Assembly (NCBI GenBank): GCA_963666425.2
Contig: OY762825.2
Coordinates: forward strand, 1,312,001 to 1,376,000
Direction: 5' to 3'
Source: Bacillota bacterium
GTDB taxonomy: Bacteria; Bacillota; JAAYKD01
Length of the DNA stretch: 64,000 nt
Both the position numbers and the translations under genes were made by a program. The notes beneath the pieces are model-generated. The model did no database searches. It saw nothing but the letters and a program-made list of their open reading frames with translations, and had not been told where the DNA came from. The number at the start of each line of letters is the position of its first letter. Positions within the stretch are counted from its first letter, which is position 1. Positions 28,768-38,193 of this stretch are shown here, piece after piece.

Positions 28768-30359
28768 TAACCCAGAATTTTCTTCAAATCCGCTTCGGGA
28801 GTACTGGTCGGCGTCAGATTGAAGTTTTCTACCAGGTAATTGAGCACGTTGGGTGAAACAAAACTCGGCAGCGTCGGTCCGAGATAAATATTCTTGATAC
28901 CCAGTGAAAGCAATGTCAACAAGATACAGACCGCTTTTTGCTCATACCAGGAAAGCACCAGGGTCAGCGGCAACTCGTTGACACCGCAATGGAAAGCGTC
29001 TGCCAGGGCAAGCGCTACTTTGATCGCGCTGTAGGCATCGTTGCATTGTCCCATGTCCATGATCCGCGGCAAACCGCCGATCGTGCCAAGGTTCAGATCA
29101 TTAAAACGATATTTACCGCAGGCTAAGGTCAGGATTACCGTGTCAGCCGGCGTCTGTTTGACAAATTCGGTATAGTAATTGCGTCCGGGTTTGGCTCCGT
29201 CGCAGCCACCCACCAAGAAGAAGTGTTTGATCGCTCCTGCTTTGACCGCATCGATGACGGTGCCAGCCACAGCAAGTACTGCACCGTGGGCAAAGCCGGT
29301 CATCACTTCATGTCCGCCATTGATACCGCTCAGCACGGTATCTTCCTGATAACCGCCCAGTTGCAGCGCTTTTTCAATCACCGGGGCAAAGTTTTTCTCG
29401 GCGCCGATATGCACAACCGCGGGATAACTGACGACTTCCGTAGTGAAAACACGATCCTGATAGCTGTCTTTCGGCGGCATCAAGCAATTGGTGGTAAACA
29501 AGATCGGCGCCGGCAGATTGGCAAATTCTTTCTGCTGATTCTGCCAAGCGGTGCCGAAGTTGCCTTTCAGATGCGGATACGCTTTCAGTTTTGGATAACC
29601 GTGCGCCGGTAGCATTTCGCCATGGGTATAGATATTGATGCCTTTGCCTGCGGTCTGCTCTAAGAGCAACTCTAAATCTTTCAAATCATGACCGGTGATC
29701 ACAATGAACGGTCCTTTTTCAATGGTCATTGGCACCACAGTCGGTACCGGTGTGCCGTAAGTATCGGTATTAGCACGGTCCAGCAGTTCCATACATTTCA
29801 AATTGACACTGCCGACTTCCATCACAATGGGCAGCAGTTCCGCCATGCCCCAGTCTTCACCAAGAGCGGACATGCCTTTGTAAAAGAATTGATTGACTGT
29901 CTCATCCGAGTAACCAAGTACCATGGCGTGATAAGCATAGGCCGACATGCCGCGCAAGCCAAAAAGAATCAGGGATTTCAAAGAACGAATGTCAACATCT
30001 GCTTCCCAGATGTTCTTCATATCATAATCATCATTTTTGCAGCAGGGCGTGGCACAGCCGCCGCATTGCGGAACCAGCATGGATTTGACCGCGTTGATTT
30101 TAGCGATCACTTCTTGAATCGTTTCATCATTAAAGTTCACATTGGTAATGGTGGTAAAGAGACCTTCCAGCATGACTTGATTGGCTGCAGCAAAGGCGGT
30201 TTTCCCGTTCATTGCCCGGGCAAGACCAATCAAAGCACCGGTCAATTCGTCCTGCAGCTCCGCAGTCGGCGCTTGTTTGCCGCAGACACCGGCTTTTCCC
30301 ATACAGCCTTTGCCACCGGCAGTTTGTTCACATTGAAAGCAAAACATTTGATTCTCCAT
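28767..30359 (-). CDS. hcp: Hybrid cluster protein (hydroxylamine/NO reductase)
   Basis: MFCFQCEQT...C...CGK, YTHGEM, GCDG, GQCND, WYEQKA. Confidence 0.96.
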   Translation of the reverse strand: MENQMFCFQCEQTAGGKGCMGKAGVCGKQAPTAELQDELTGALIGLARAMNGKTAFAAANQVMLEGLFTTITNVNFNDETIQEVIAKINAVKSMLVPQCGGCATPCCKNDDYDMKNIWEADVDIRSLKSLILFGLRGMSAYAYHAMVLGYSDETVNQFFYKGMSALGEDWGMAELLPIVMEVGSVNLKCMELLDRANTDTYGTPVPTVVPMTIEKGPFIVITGHDLKDLELLLEQTAGKGINIYTHGEMLPAHGYPKLKAYPHLKGNFGTAWQNQQKEFANLPAPILFTTNCLMPPKDSYQDRVFTTEVVSYPAVVHIGAEKNFAPVIEKALQLGGYQEDTVLSGINGGHEVMTGFAHGAVLAVAGTVIDAVKAGAIKHFFLVGGCDGAKPGRNYYTEFVKQTPADTVILTLACGKYRFNDLNLGTIGGLPRIMDMGQCNDAYSAIKVALALADAFHCGVNELPLTLVLSWYEQKAVCILLTLLSLGIKNIYLGPTLPSFVSPNVLNYLVENFNLTPTSTPEADLKKILG

Positions 30360-30385
30360 GATTTCTCCTCCTTCAATTATTCATT

Positions 30386-30700
30386 CTACTTTTGGGGTGG
30401 TGGTGCTTTTACCACGGTCAACTCCAGGGTATCGTTTTGTTTATTTCCGGCATCCATCTCAATCCCTTTGGGAATTTTAAGTATTGTGCCTTTTTCATAC
30501 ATGGTGAAATCACCGTCAGCGAGGCGAAGCGACAGCGTGCCGGCAATCACCGCCATATAAACAACCGCATTGGTCACATGGGTGGGCAGCGCTTCCCCCT
30601 GCAGCAACACCATATGCATGTAATGCAGGTTTTCATCCTTGATCACCGCTTCAATCACATGCGCCTGGCTGCCGCTCATTTGAAAGACTTGTTCAATCAT
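30386..30700 (-). CDS. Cupin domain protein
   Basis: HYMHMVL..GE.LP.H and G.ILKIPKG; start MIEQVF after AAGGGA. Confidence 0.8.
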   Translation of the reverse strand: MIEQVFQMSGSQAHVIEAVIKDENLHYMHMVLLQGEALPTHVTNAVVYMAVIAGTLSLRLADGDFTMYEKGTILKIPKGIEMDAGNKQNDTLELTVVKAPPPQK

Positions 30701-30713
30701 AGCATCATCCCTT

Positions 30714-31463
30714 CTAATCCAAAATTCTTCCATCAGTAGAAATGGTTATTACCTGCCAGGGAATAAACTTACCGCTGCTCTGCAGAGCGATTTTAGCTGC
30801 CTGCTCCAAGCCGCCGCAGCAAGGAACTTCCATCCGCACGATGGTCACGCTCTTAATCTCGTTCTGCTTGATAATTTCACTCAGTTTACTCGTGTAATTA
30901 CCTTCGTCCAGCTTGGGACAGCCGATCAGCGTGATGTGATTCTTGATGAAGCGCTGATGGAAATTCGCATAAGCATACGCCGTGCAGTCCGCCGCAATCA
31001 ACAGATTGGCGTTAGCAAAATAAGGCGCTTGAATGGGAACCAACTTGATTTGAACCGGCCATTGCTGCAATTGACTGTCTGCTTCGGTCTGCGGCGCCGT
31101 CGTCGCTTTTAGCTGAGGCTGTCTGGCCTGAGCAGAAGCACAGTCAGCGGCCGGCTGGCGTTCGATTGATTTTGCTTGTGTGCCGGGACAGCCGCAGGCG
31201 AGCGGTTCCAAATGCTGTTTGATCTGATTTTTCTTGACCGCTGTTTCATCAAATGCAGCCGCTTCGCGTGTTTCAAAATGAATTGCCCCTACCGGGCAGG
31301 CTGGCAGGCAATTGCCTAATCCGTCACAATAATCATCGCGCAGCAGTTTGGCTTTGCCATCGATCATACCGATGGCACCTTCCTGACAGGCTGCCGCACA
31401 GAGACCGCAGCCGGTGCATTTTTCTTCGTCGATCTGAATAACGTTGCGAATCATCTTTCTCAT
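30714..31463 (-). CDS. 4Fe-4S dicluster protein (hcp-associated)
   Basis: CTGCGLCAAAC, CDGLGNCLPACP, WPVQIKL, GCPKLD, MEVPCC. Confidence 0.88.
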   Translation of the reverse strand: MRKMIRNVIQIDEEKCTGCGLCAAACQEGAIGMIDGKAKLLRDDYCDGLGNCLPACPVGAIHFETREAAAFDETAVKKNQIKQHLEPLACGCPGTQAKSIERQPAADCASAQARQPQLKATTAPQTEADSQLQQWPVQIKLVPIQAPYFANANLLIAADCTAYAYANFHQRFIKNHITLIGCPKLDEGNYTSKLSEIIKQNEIKSVTIVRMEVPCCGGLEQAAKIALQSSGKFIPWQVITISTDGRILD

Positions 31464-31584
31464 CCTCCAGATTTATTTCATTCCCTGATGTTTTCCTTGA
31501 GACATCTCAGATTTGTTTAAAATCTTATTTCCGGTTTTGCTTGACTTCCTGGATTCAGTATACTATGATACAGCTGATTCGTCC

Positions 31585-31598
31585 GTTGTATTTACAAC
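31585..31598. promoter_or_regulatory. Palindromic operator, probable Crp/Fnr (HcpR) site
   Basis: GTTGTA-TT-TACAAC in the divergent intergenic region. Confidence 0.6.
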
Positions 31599-31611
31599 AG
31601 AAAGGAGAAAT

Positions 31612-32289
31612 ATGAAAAAAGATTTTCAAAATCTCAGCCAGGTTGCTCTGTTTGCTGATATCAGCGAAACCGAATTGAGTTCACTTTTCCAATGCCTTTC
31701 GGCACAGCAGAAGATCTATAAAAAAGGTGAGATCATCTTTGCCGCCGGCAGCGCAGCCGAATTGGTCGGCATCGTACTCAGCGGGCAAGTACAAATCGTG
31801 CATGACGACTACTATGGCAATCGCACAATTATTGCCGAAATCGACAGCGGCCAGATGTTTGGCGAAGCCTATACCTGCGCCAATACAACTGCGCTGCCCT
31901 TCAGTGTGATTGCCAAACTGGACAGCGCGATCCTGCTGATTGATTACAGAAAGATCATTACAACCTGCAACCAGGCTTGTGTCTATCATAACAAACTTGT
32001 TTATAATATGCTGCAGATCATCGTTGATAAAAATCTTACCTTAAATCAAAAAATTATGGTGCTTTCCAAACGCTCCAGCCGGGAAAAATTGCTGGCTTTT
32101 CTTTCCACTCAGGCACAAAAAGCAAACAGCAGTGAATTCAATATCTCCTTCACGCGGCAGGATCTGGCGGATTTCCTTTCGCTTGACCGCAGCGCGATGT
32201 CGCACGAATTGTCGAAACTCCGCGAGGAAGGCATTCTGGAATTTCAAAAGAATCATTTCAAACTGCTCTACCATCCGGAACATGTCTAG
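31612..32289 (+). CDS. Crp/Fnr family regulator (HcpR-like)
   Basis: cNMP-binding fold (FGEA) plus HTH RQDLADFLSLDRSAMS; divergent from the hcp operon. Confidence 0.88.
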   Translation: MKKDFQNLSQVALFADISETELSSLFQCLSAQQKIYKKGEIIFAAGSAAELVGIVLSGQVQIVHDDYYGNRTIIAEIDSGQMFGEAYTCANTTALPFSVIAKLDSAILLIDYRKIITTCNQACVYHNKLVYNMLQIIVDKNLTLNQKIMVLSKRSSREKLLAFLSTQAQKANSSEFNISFTRQDLADFLSLDRSAMSHELSKLREEGILEFQKNHFKLLYHPEHV

Positions 32290-32404
32290 GCGAGGCAAGC
32301 CAACAGGCACTTTTTTCTCAGCAATACAGCAATTTTTAGCTTGCAGAATTTTCTGTCAGTGGTTATACTAAAGCAAAGAGTAATTTTTTAAGGAGGAAAT
32401 CAGA

Positions 32405-33514
32405 ATGCAATTCAATCAACAGCGGATGTTGGATCGCTTAGTGGAAATGATCAAAATCGACAGCGTTTCTTTCGAAGAGAAAGCGATGTCGGACTATCTG
32501 GAAAAGTACTGGACCGAGCGGGGTCTGGAAGTATACCGCGATCAGGCGGGAGCAAAATTCGGCGGCAATGGCAGCAATATTCTCGTTCATATTCCTGGTA
32601 CGATGCCCGGTGAGGCAATTTGCTATAATGCGCATCAGGATACCGTCGAACCCGGCCGTGGCATTCAACCTGTTCTGGACGGCAATCTTCTGCGCAGCAG
32701 CGGCGACACCATTCTAGGTGCCGATGATAAATCCGGCATCGCGATGCTGATGGAAGCCTACGATGTTTTACAGGAAAGCAAGACGCCGCATCGGGAAATC
32801 TACTATCTTTTTACCATCTGCGAAGAGCAAAATATGAACGGCGCTAAGAATTTTGATCTGAGCAAACTGCCCTGTAAGAATATTTACAGCCTGGATGGCG
32901 CCGGCAGCTTGGGTAATGTCAGTATCGCCGGACCTGCCAAAGACGGGATCAAGGTTACTTTTAAAGGGCGCAAAGCGCACGCCGGGATTGAACCGGAAAA
33001 AGGCATCAATGCCGCCGTCATGCTGGCCAAAGCGATCGCACAGGTCAAATTTGGCCGGATCGACAAAGAAACTACCTCCAACGTCGGCCGCATCTCGGGT
33101 GGAGATATGACCAATGTGGTTACCGATGAAGCCTTCTTTACAGCGGAAGTTCGTTCTCACTCCGCCCAAAAGCTGCAGGAACAGGTCGAATTAATCCGCC
33201 AGGCCAGCCTTCAGGCAGCCGAAGAAATGGGCGGCGAAGCAATTGTCACGATCAGCCACGACTACCCTGCCATTAAAACAGACTTCGATTCTTTCCTTTA
33301 CCAAAAAATCGTCGAGATTTATCAAAAAGAGGGTTTTGAAATCAAACAGGTGATCAGCGGCGGCGGCGGTGACTGCAATATTTTCGCCGGCCACGGTTAT
33401 ATCTGCGATGGGATCTCCACCGGAATGAAAGATGTTCACAGCAGCAAGGAAACACTGGATCTGACCGTCTGGATGCAGGCCATGCGTTTGCTCTATCGCT
33501 CCATGACCGAATAG
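32405..33514 (+). CDS. M20B peptidase T-like (YqjE) metallopeptidase
   Basis: AHQDTV, GADDKSG, CEE, AHAG..PEKG, HSSKE. Confidence 0.88.
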   Translation: MQFNQQRMLDRLVEMIKIDSVSFEEKAMSDYLEKYWTERGLEVYRDQAGAKFGGNGSNILVHIPGTMPGEAICYNAHQDTVEPGRGIQPVLDGNLLRSSGDTILGADDKSGIAMLMEAYDVLQESKTPHREIYYLFTICEEQNMNGAKNFDLSKLPCKNIYSLDGAGSLGNVSIAGPAKDGIKVTFKGRKAHAGIEPEKGINAAVMLAKAIAQVKFGRIDKETTSNVGRISGGDMTNVVTDEAFFTAEVRSHSAQKLQEQVELIRQASLQAAEEMGGEAIVTISHDYPAIKTDFDSFLYQKIVEIYQKEGFEIKQVISGGGGDCNIFAGHGYICDGISTGMKDVHSSKETLDLTVWMQAMRLLYRSMTE

Positions 33515-33534
33515 ACCGGCTCGATTGAAGTAAA

Positions 33535-33581
33535 AAAATAAAGAGGAACTGTTTTTCAAAAAAGCAGCTCCTCTTTATTTT
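33535..33581. terminator. Bidirectional terminator
   Basis: AAAATAAAGAGGAACTG...CAGCTCCTCTTTATTTT. Confidence 0.8.
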
Positions 33582-33601
33582 ATTCGTTTGGCGGCAATCG
33601 T

Positions 33602-34162
33602 TTAAGCAAAGCTATGCTCAATCCATATTTTCAAGCCAATTCCGATTAGGATAGCTCCACCTAGGAATTGGGCTTTGCTGCTCAGCTTATCCCCACTGAA
33701 TTTGCCGATGTAAACCGCAATGAAGCTGAGCAAAAAGGTCGTGAGTGCGATCAGCGCAGCAGCGGTCAGGATATTCACCCGGCTGACCGCAAAGCTGATG
33801 CCGACGGCCAGCGCATCGATGCTGGTGGCGACCGCCTGCACGAGCAACAGTTTCAAGCCGAAGCGCAGTTCTTGCCCTTCCTGTACTTCTTCGTGAAAAC
33901 AATCCCAGATCATTTTGCCGCCAATCCAAACCAGCAGCAAAAAAGCGATCCAATGATCAAATCGATTGAGATAAACGGCAGACTTTTCCCCAAAAAAATA
34001 ACCGATCAACGGCATGACGCCTTGGAAAACACCGAAAGCCAAAGCGATCGCCAGCGCGTGTTTCCATTTTAATTTAGGTATACTCATGCCATTGACAATA
34101 GAAACGGCACAGGCATCCATCGACAAACCAACTGCTAGGAAACTAAGATCAATCAATCGCAT
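33602..34162 (-). CDS. mntP: MntP-family manganese efflux pump
   Basis: GLSMDACAVS, FQGVMP, DHWIAF, ATSIDALAVG. Confidence 0.92.
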   Translation of the reverse strand: MRLIDLSFLAVGLSMDACAVSIVNGMSIPKLKWKHALAIALAFGVFQGVMPLIGYFFGEKSAVYLNRFDHWIAFLLLVWIGGKMIWDCFHEEVQEGQELRFGLKLLLVQAVATSIDALAVGISFAVSRVNILTAAALIALTTFLLSFIAVYIGKFSGDKLSSKAQFLGGAILIGIGLKIWIEHSFA

Positions 34163-34188
34163 CCAATAAAGGCCCTTTCAATATTATA

Positions 34189-34950
34189 TTACTGCCATTT
34201 CAACAAGGATTTTTGCATATAACCTCGGATATCAATGCCAAAAACCTCTGTGACCAGCGGGTCTTGCAGCACCTCACTGGCTTCGCCATCCAGGGCAACG
34301 CTTCCTGCCTGCAATAAAACCGCCTTGTCACAAAATTGCAGCGCCAAATTCAAATCATGCAGCACGCCAATCACCGCTCTGCCCGGTTGACGGCACCAGC
34401 GTTGTAAGCGTTCAATCAATTCCAGTTGATATTTCAAGTCCAAATGATTGGTCGGTTCATCCAGTAAAATCAAACGCGGTTCCTGGACAAATGTCCGCGC
34501 CAGAAATACTCTTTGCAATTGTCCGCCGGAAAGCGCGGTGATCGGCTGATCTTTGACCTGCCAGAGATCCACTTCTTCCAGGCACTGCCGCACGATTTCT
34601 TCATCTGCTTTGCTGGTATGCGGCAAGAATCCTTTGCTGCCATAGAGATAACGTCCCAGCAGAACGGTATCATAGACCGTATAATCAAAATAAGTAGCGC
34701 TGACCTGGCTCATCAGAGCGATGTTAGCCGCCAATTCTTTCCGTTTCAGTTTGGCTATCTCGGCTCCCGCAAAGCGGATGCTGCCGCGATAAGGCAAGAG
34801 TCCGGCAATAGCTTTCAGCAGGGTGGTTTTACCGCAGCCATTCGGGCCGAACAGACAGATAATCTCTCCCGGCTCGATTTGCAGAGAAACATCCCGAATG
34901 ACGTCTTCCGTGTCATAGCCGCAGTTCACATGCTCTAGTTGCAGCATCAT
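34189..34950 (-). CDS. Cobalamin/iron-chelate ABC ATPase
   Basis: GPNGCGKT, LSGGQLQR, LDEPTNHLD. Confidence 0.9.
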   Translation of the reverse strand: MMLQLEHVNCGYDTEDVIRDVSLQIEPGEIICLFGPNGCGKTTLLKAIAGLLPYRGSIRFAGAEIAKLKRKELAANIALMSQVSATYFDYTVYDTVLLGRYLYGSKGFLPHTSKADEEIVRQCLEEVDLWQVKDQPITALSGGQLQRVFLARTFVQEPRLILLDEPTNHLDLKYQLELIERLQRWCRQPGRAVIGVLHDLNLALQFCDKAVLLQAGSVALDGEASEVLQDPLVTEVFGIDIRGYMQKSLLKWQ

Positions 34951-34957
34951 AGGACCC

Positions 34958-35974
34958 CTACTTTCTGCGTTTGAAATAAATATAAGCAAAAAACGGCGCG
35001 CCGATTAAAGCGGTGATGGCTCCCACCGGTAATTCCGAAGGAGAAATGATCGTTCTTGCCACCAGATCGGCCAGCACCATAAAACAGCCGCCGAAGAGAG
35101 CGGAAACGGGCACAACCCAGCGATGAGAAGCACCGCACCAACGCCGCACAACATGCGGGGCAATCAAATCGATAAAGCCAATCACACCGCAAAATGCGAC
35201 TGCACTGCCGGTCAGAGCCGCTGCCACCGACAAAAGACGCCACTTGACTTTCGTCGTCTCAACACCCATCACGGCAGCCTGTTCTTCGCCAAAGGTCAGC
35301 AGATCGAGTTCCCGCGCGTGGTAGAGCAGGAGGATCACGCCGATCAGTACAATCGGAGCCAGCAGCGCAACATAAGACCAATCTTTTAAAGCGAAGCTGC
35401 CCATCTGCCACTGCAGAATGCTGCGTGTATGACTCTGAAAAAAATAGGCGATCAAAGTCAGCAGCGCATTGACAAACAGAGAAAAAACCATCCCGGTCAA
35501 AATAATGGTATTACCGCTGAAACCCTTGTCTACTCTGGCAGCCAGACTGACAGCCAGGACAACCGTTAAGAGCCCCGCCAGCAGACCGGCGGCAGGCAGG
35601 GTAAAACGCCCTAAGATCGGCAGTGAAAAACCACTGATGATGATGATCGCAGCACCCAAAGAAGCCCCGGAAGAAACGCCTAAGGTATAGGAGGAAGCAA
35701 GCGGGTTGCGCAGGACCGACTGCATGACCGTTCCGCTGGCAGCCAAAGCGGCGCCGGTCAGGAAAGCCAAACAGGCGCGCGGCATCCGCAAGTTCCAAAC
35801 GACGGTCGCATTCAGGGCACTGACCTCTGCCGGCAAAGGCAAACCCAATAATCGATTGGCGGCGATCTGCATGACTTGCGTGAATGGGACAGCCAGACTG
35901 CCAAGACAGGCTGCCAACCCTAAACAAAAAAAACTGAAAGTCAGTATCGCCAGTAATTTCCAGCCGTTTTGCAT
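34958..35974 (-). CDS. FecCD/BtuC-family permease
   Basis: LRMPR, RNPLA...LGVSSGA, GVIGF..LIAPH, ELPVG. Confidence 0.92.
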   Translation of the reverse strand: MQNGWKLLAILTFSFFCLGLAACLGSLAVPFTQVMQIAANRLLGLPLPAEVSALNATVVWNLRMPRACLAFLTGAALAASGTVMQSVLRNPLASSYTLGVSSGASLGAAIIIISGFSLPILGRFTLPAAGLLAGLLTVVLAVSLAARVDKGFSGNTIILTGMVFSLFVNALLTLIAYFFQSHTRSILQWQMGSFALKDWSYVALLAPIVLIGVILLLYHARELDLLTFGEEQAAVMGVETTKVKWRLLSVAAALTGSAVAFCGVIGFIDLIAPHVVRRWCGASHRWVVPVSALFGGCFMVLADLVARTIISPSELPVGAITALIGAPFFAYIYFKRRK

Positions 35975-35979
35975 GATCT

Positions 35980-36918
35980 TTATTCTGCTTTCTGATTCTG
36001 GTAGACAGCCTGATAGATTTCTGCTACCGCATCAACCACATGATGATTGGCCTGAGAACTGGCGTTGGCATCGATGCGATAAACGTTTCCGTTTTGGATG
36101 GCCCGCATCTCCTGCCAGCCTGCCCGGGACATTATCTCCGCTACCGGATCATCCATGTAATCGATATTCGTCAGAATCACATCGGCATCCGCCGCCACGG
36201 CTGCCTCCGGGGTGACAGAGAACCAACCTTTTTGATCGTGAAAGACATTTTTAGCGCCAATCAGTTCGAAAATTTCGTTAATAAAAACGCCGCTGCCGCA
36301 GCTGTAGATAGAAGGAGCCGCGGATATTTCCAGATAGACGGTCTTTTTCTCCTGCACCGCCTCTCCCAACGCACGGTACTCCGCCAATTTTGCCTGCATC
36401 GCCGTGACCAGGGCTTCTCCACCCGCTTTGGCTCCAATCACATCGGCCACAAAAGCCACATCTTCTTCAATTTCGGCCAGTGTAGCAGGCGTCGTGACCG
36501 CAATCACACAGACACCGTTCTTACTCAAGAGTGCAAAGGGGTCCTCGGCGCCGCCGGCTGAACTCATATCAGAGATCAACAGGATATCCGGTTTCAAGGC
36601 AAGCAGTTGCTCCGCATCCGGTGCCATCATATCGAAGGCAGGCATCTCCTGCGGTAAATCGTAGAATTTCTGTGAATTCGTATCAACTCCCACCAGTTTA
36701 TCTGCCAGATCCAAATCGAGAATGATTTGGGTCAGTGTCGGTGAGAGACTGATCATCCGGTTAACCGTTTTTGGAATTTTGTAAACAACGCCATTACGGT
36801 CGGTTATTTCACGCGTTGCAGCTGCCCTGCCGGTCAATGGGCTGTTGCAGCCGGCCAGCATAAAAACAAGGACAATCGTCATCAGTAATGCAATTTTTTT
36901 CAGTTTCCAATTCAACAT
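35980..36918 (-). CDS. BtuF-like substrate-binding lipoprotein
   Basis: LAGC lipobox, RMISLSP, EQLLALKPD; downstream of the B12 riboswitch. Confidence 0.88.
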   Translation of the reverse strand: MLNWKLKKIALLMTIVLVFMLAGCNSPLTGRAAATREITDRNGVVYKIPKTVNRMISLSPTLTQIILDLDLADKLVGVDTNSQKFYDLPQEMPAFDMMAPDAEQLLALKPDILLISDMSSAGGAEDPFALLSKNGVCVIAVTTPATLAEIEEDVAFVADVIGAKAGGEALVTAMQAKLAEYRALGEAVQEKKTVYLEISAAPSIYSCGSGVFINEIFELIGAKNVFHDQKGWFSVTPEAAVAADADVILTNIDYMDDPVAEIMSRAGWQEMRAIQNGNVYRIDANASSQANHHVVDAVAEIYQAVYQNQKAE

Positions 36919-37154
36919 TAAGAGAATCCCCTTTCCTGATCAAGCGATAGATTGAATCGTCCAGTCACAAAAAGCACTACCTCACAGCGGAGCTTTTGGC
37001 TGATCAGCATGAACCGACGATTTAAATCCTCCCTTCGTCTCTCTCTGCGCAATAAAAAAAGCTATGGCGATATTTTTCGCCACAGCCGTATTTCTGTGTA
37101 GAACTGAAAAAGCATACTGCCTTAAAGTTACGTAAAGCAGATGTTCTGTATTTT

Positions 37155-37342
37155 ATGCAGGTCTTCTGACTCGCGTTTCTCAAAGAATTGCTTCCTTGCC
37201 GTTGTTGATTTCCGCCTTCCCGGTTACCCAGTGACCGACTTTCGTCTATGAAATCGACAACTCCACGCATACAGCGGCGGTTCCGCGCGGGATTCTCACC
37301 CGCTTCTCTCTTAGCCTTGCCAAAGCATTGCAGCTGTGCAAG
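37155..37342 (-). ncRNA. Cobalamin riboswitch
   Basis: AAGAGAGAAGCGGGTGAGAATCCCGCGCGG..CCGCCGCTGT, CACTGGG..CCGGGAAGG, and B12-box GAGTCAGAAGACCTGC. Confidence 0.92.
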
Positions 37343-37541
37343 GAACATAAAAATATTCTCTTACCATATCGTCTCAGGTACTTCTTCTGATGCGACAGAT
37401 GATGTTTTAATTATACCGCTTCTCAAGGCAGATGTCCAGCCTTTCAGTAAAATACCAATTTTTTACTTCTGCTCTTGCCCTCAATCTGCCAATCTGTTAC
37501 AATAATATAAATTGGAATTTACAACCGGAAAGGAGATTCTC

Positions 37542-37787
37542 ATGACCGAAAAAAAACCTGCCTGCCGCTATCATAAAGCGGATTTGCGCTTATGGCACAA
37601 TTGCTATCGGGCTTTCAAGAAAGCGTTGATTCCCACCGCCGACAATGAAGGTTATGCTTATCTTTCCCCTGGCATCACGGATGATTGTCTCTTCAGCAAA
37701 GATTTTTCCAAGTGCAAATATTACGAGCCGGTCGATTTTGCAACGGAACAGCAGAAGGAACCGCAGCGAAATGAAAATTCCTATTGA
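37542..37787 (+). CDS. Small hypothetical protein with 4 Cys
   Basis: AAGGAG RBS; TTGCCC-N17-TACAAT promoter. Confidence 0.65.
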   Translation: MTEKKPACRYHKADLRLWHNCYRAFKKALIPTADNEGYAYLSPGITDDCLFSKDFSKCKYYEPVDFATEQQKEPQRNENSY

Positions 37788-37811
37788 CATCGCCACAACC
37801 TCTGCTATAAT
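37784..37811 (+). promoter_or_regulatory. SigA promoter of the T-box-asnA unit
   Basis: TTGACA-N16-TATAAT with extended TG. Confidence 0.8.
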
Positions 37812-37880
37812 GACTGCAATGCTTACGAGAGAAGTCAATCGAGAGATTTTCGATCCGAGCAAGCAGCATAGAACAGACAG

Positions 37881-38148
37881 GCAATGACAGGAAGAGTAAA
37901 GCAAGAGGATCGCCACAGAGAGATAGAACAGCTGAGAACTATCGCCAAGATCTTGCTCCAAGAACATCCTGAAGCTTCCCACCCAAATCTTCTGCGGAAG
38001 AGAGTAGGCTGGGCCGCATCCGAGCGTTAAAGCGGCGGAGATATGTTAGTATCTCTATGAGTGAGCATATTCATGCTAATGAGGGTGGCACCGCGATTTC
38101 GAGCTTCTTCGTCCCTTGACAAGGGGAAGAAGCTCTTTTTATTTTTTT
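37881..38148 (+). ncRNA. T-box riboswitch, Asn (AAC) specifier
   Basis: Stem I CAGGAAGAGTA...GCTGAGA...GAACATCCTG; AGTA/GAA stem II; T-box AATGAGGGTGGCACCGCG; terminator GAGCTTCTTC...GAAGAAGCTCTTTTT. Confidence 0.92.
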
Positions 38149-38193
38149 CACCAAATCAATGGGGAAAAACAGGAAAGAAGCGGAGGTATTCTC

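Noticed and set aside
37022-37348. 108-aa ORF
   Set aside because: Coincides with the cobalamin riboswitch
37590-37982. 130-aa hydrophobic minus-strand ORF
   Set aside because: Antisense to the purine-rich T-box leader and the asnA promoter
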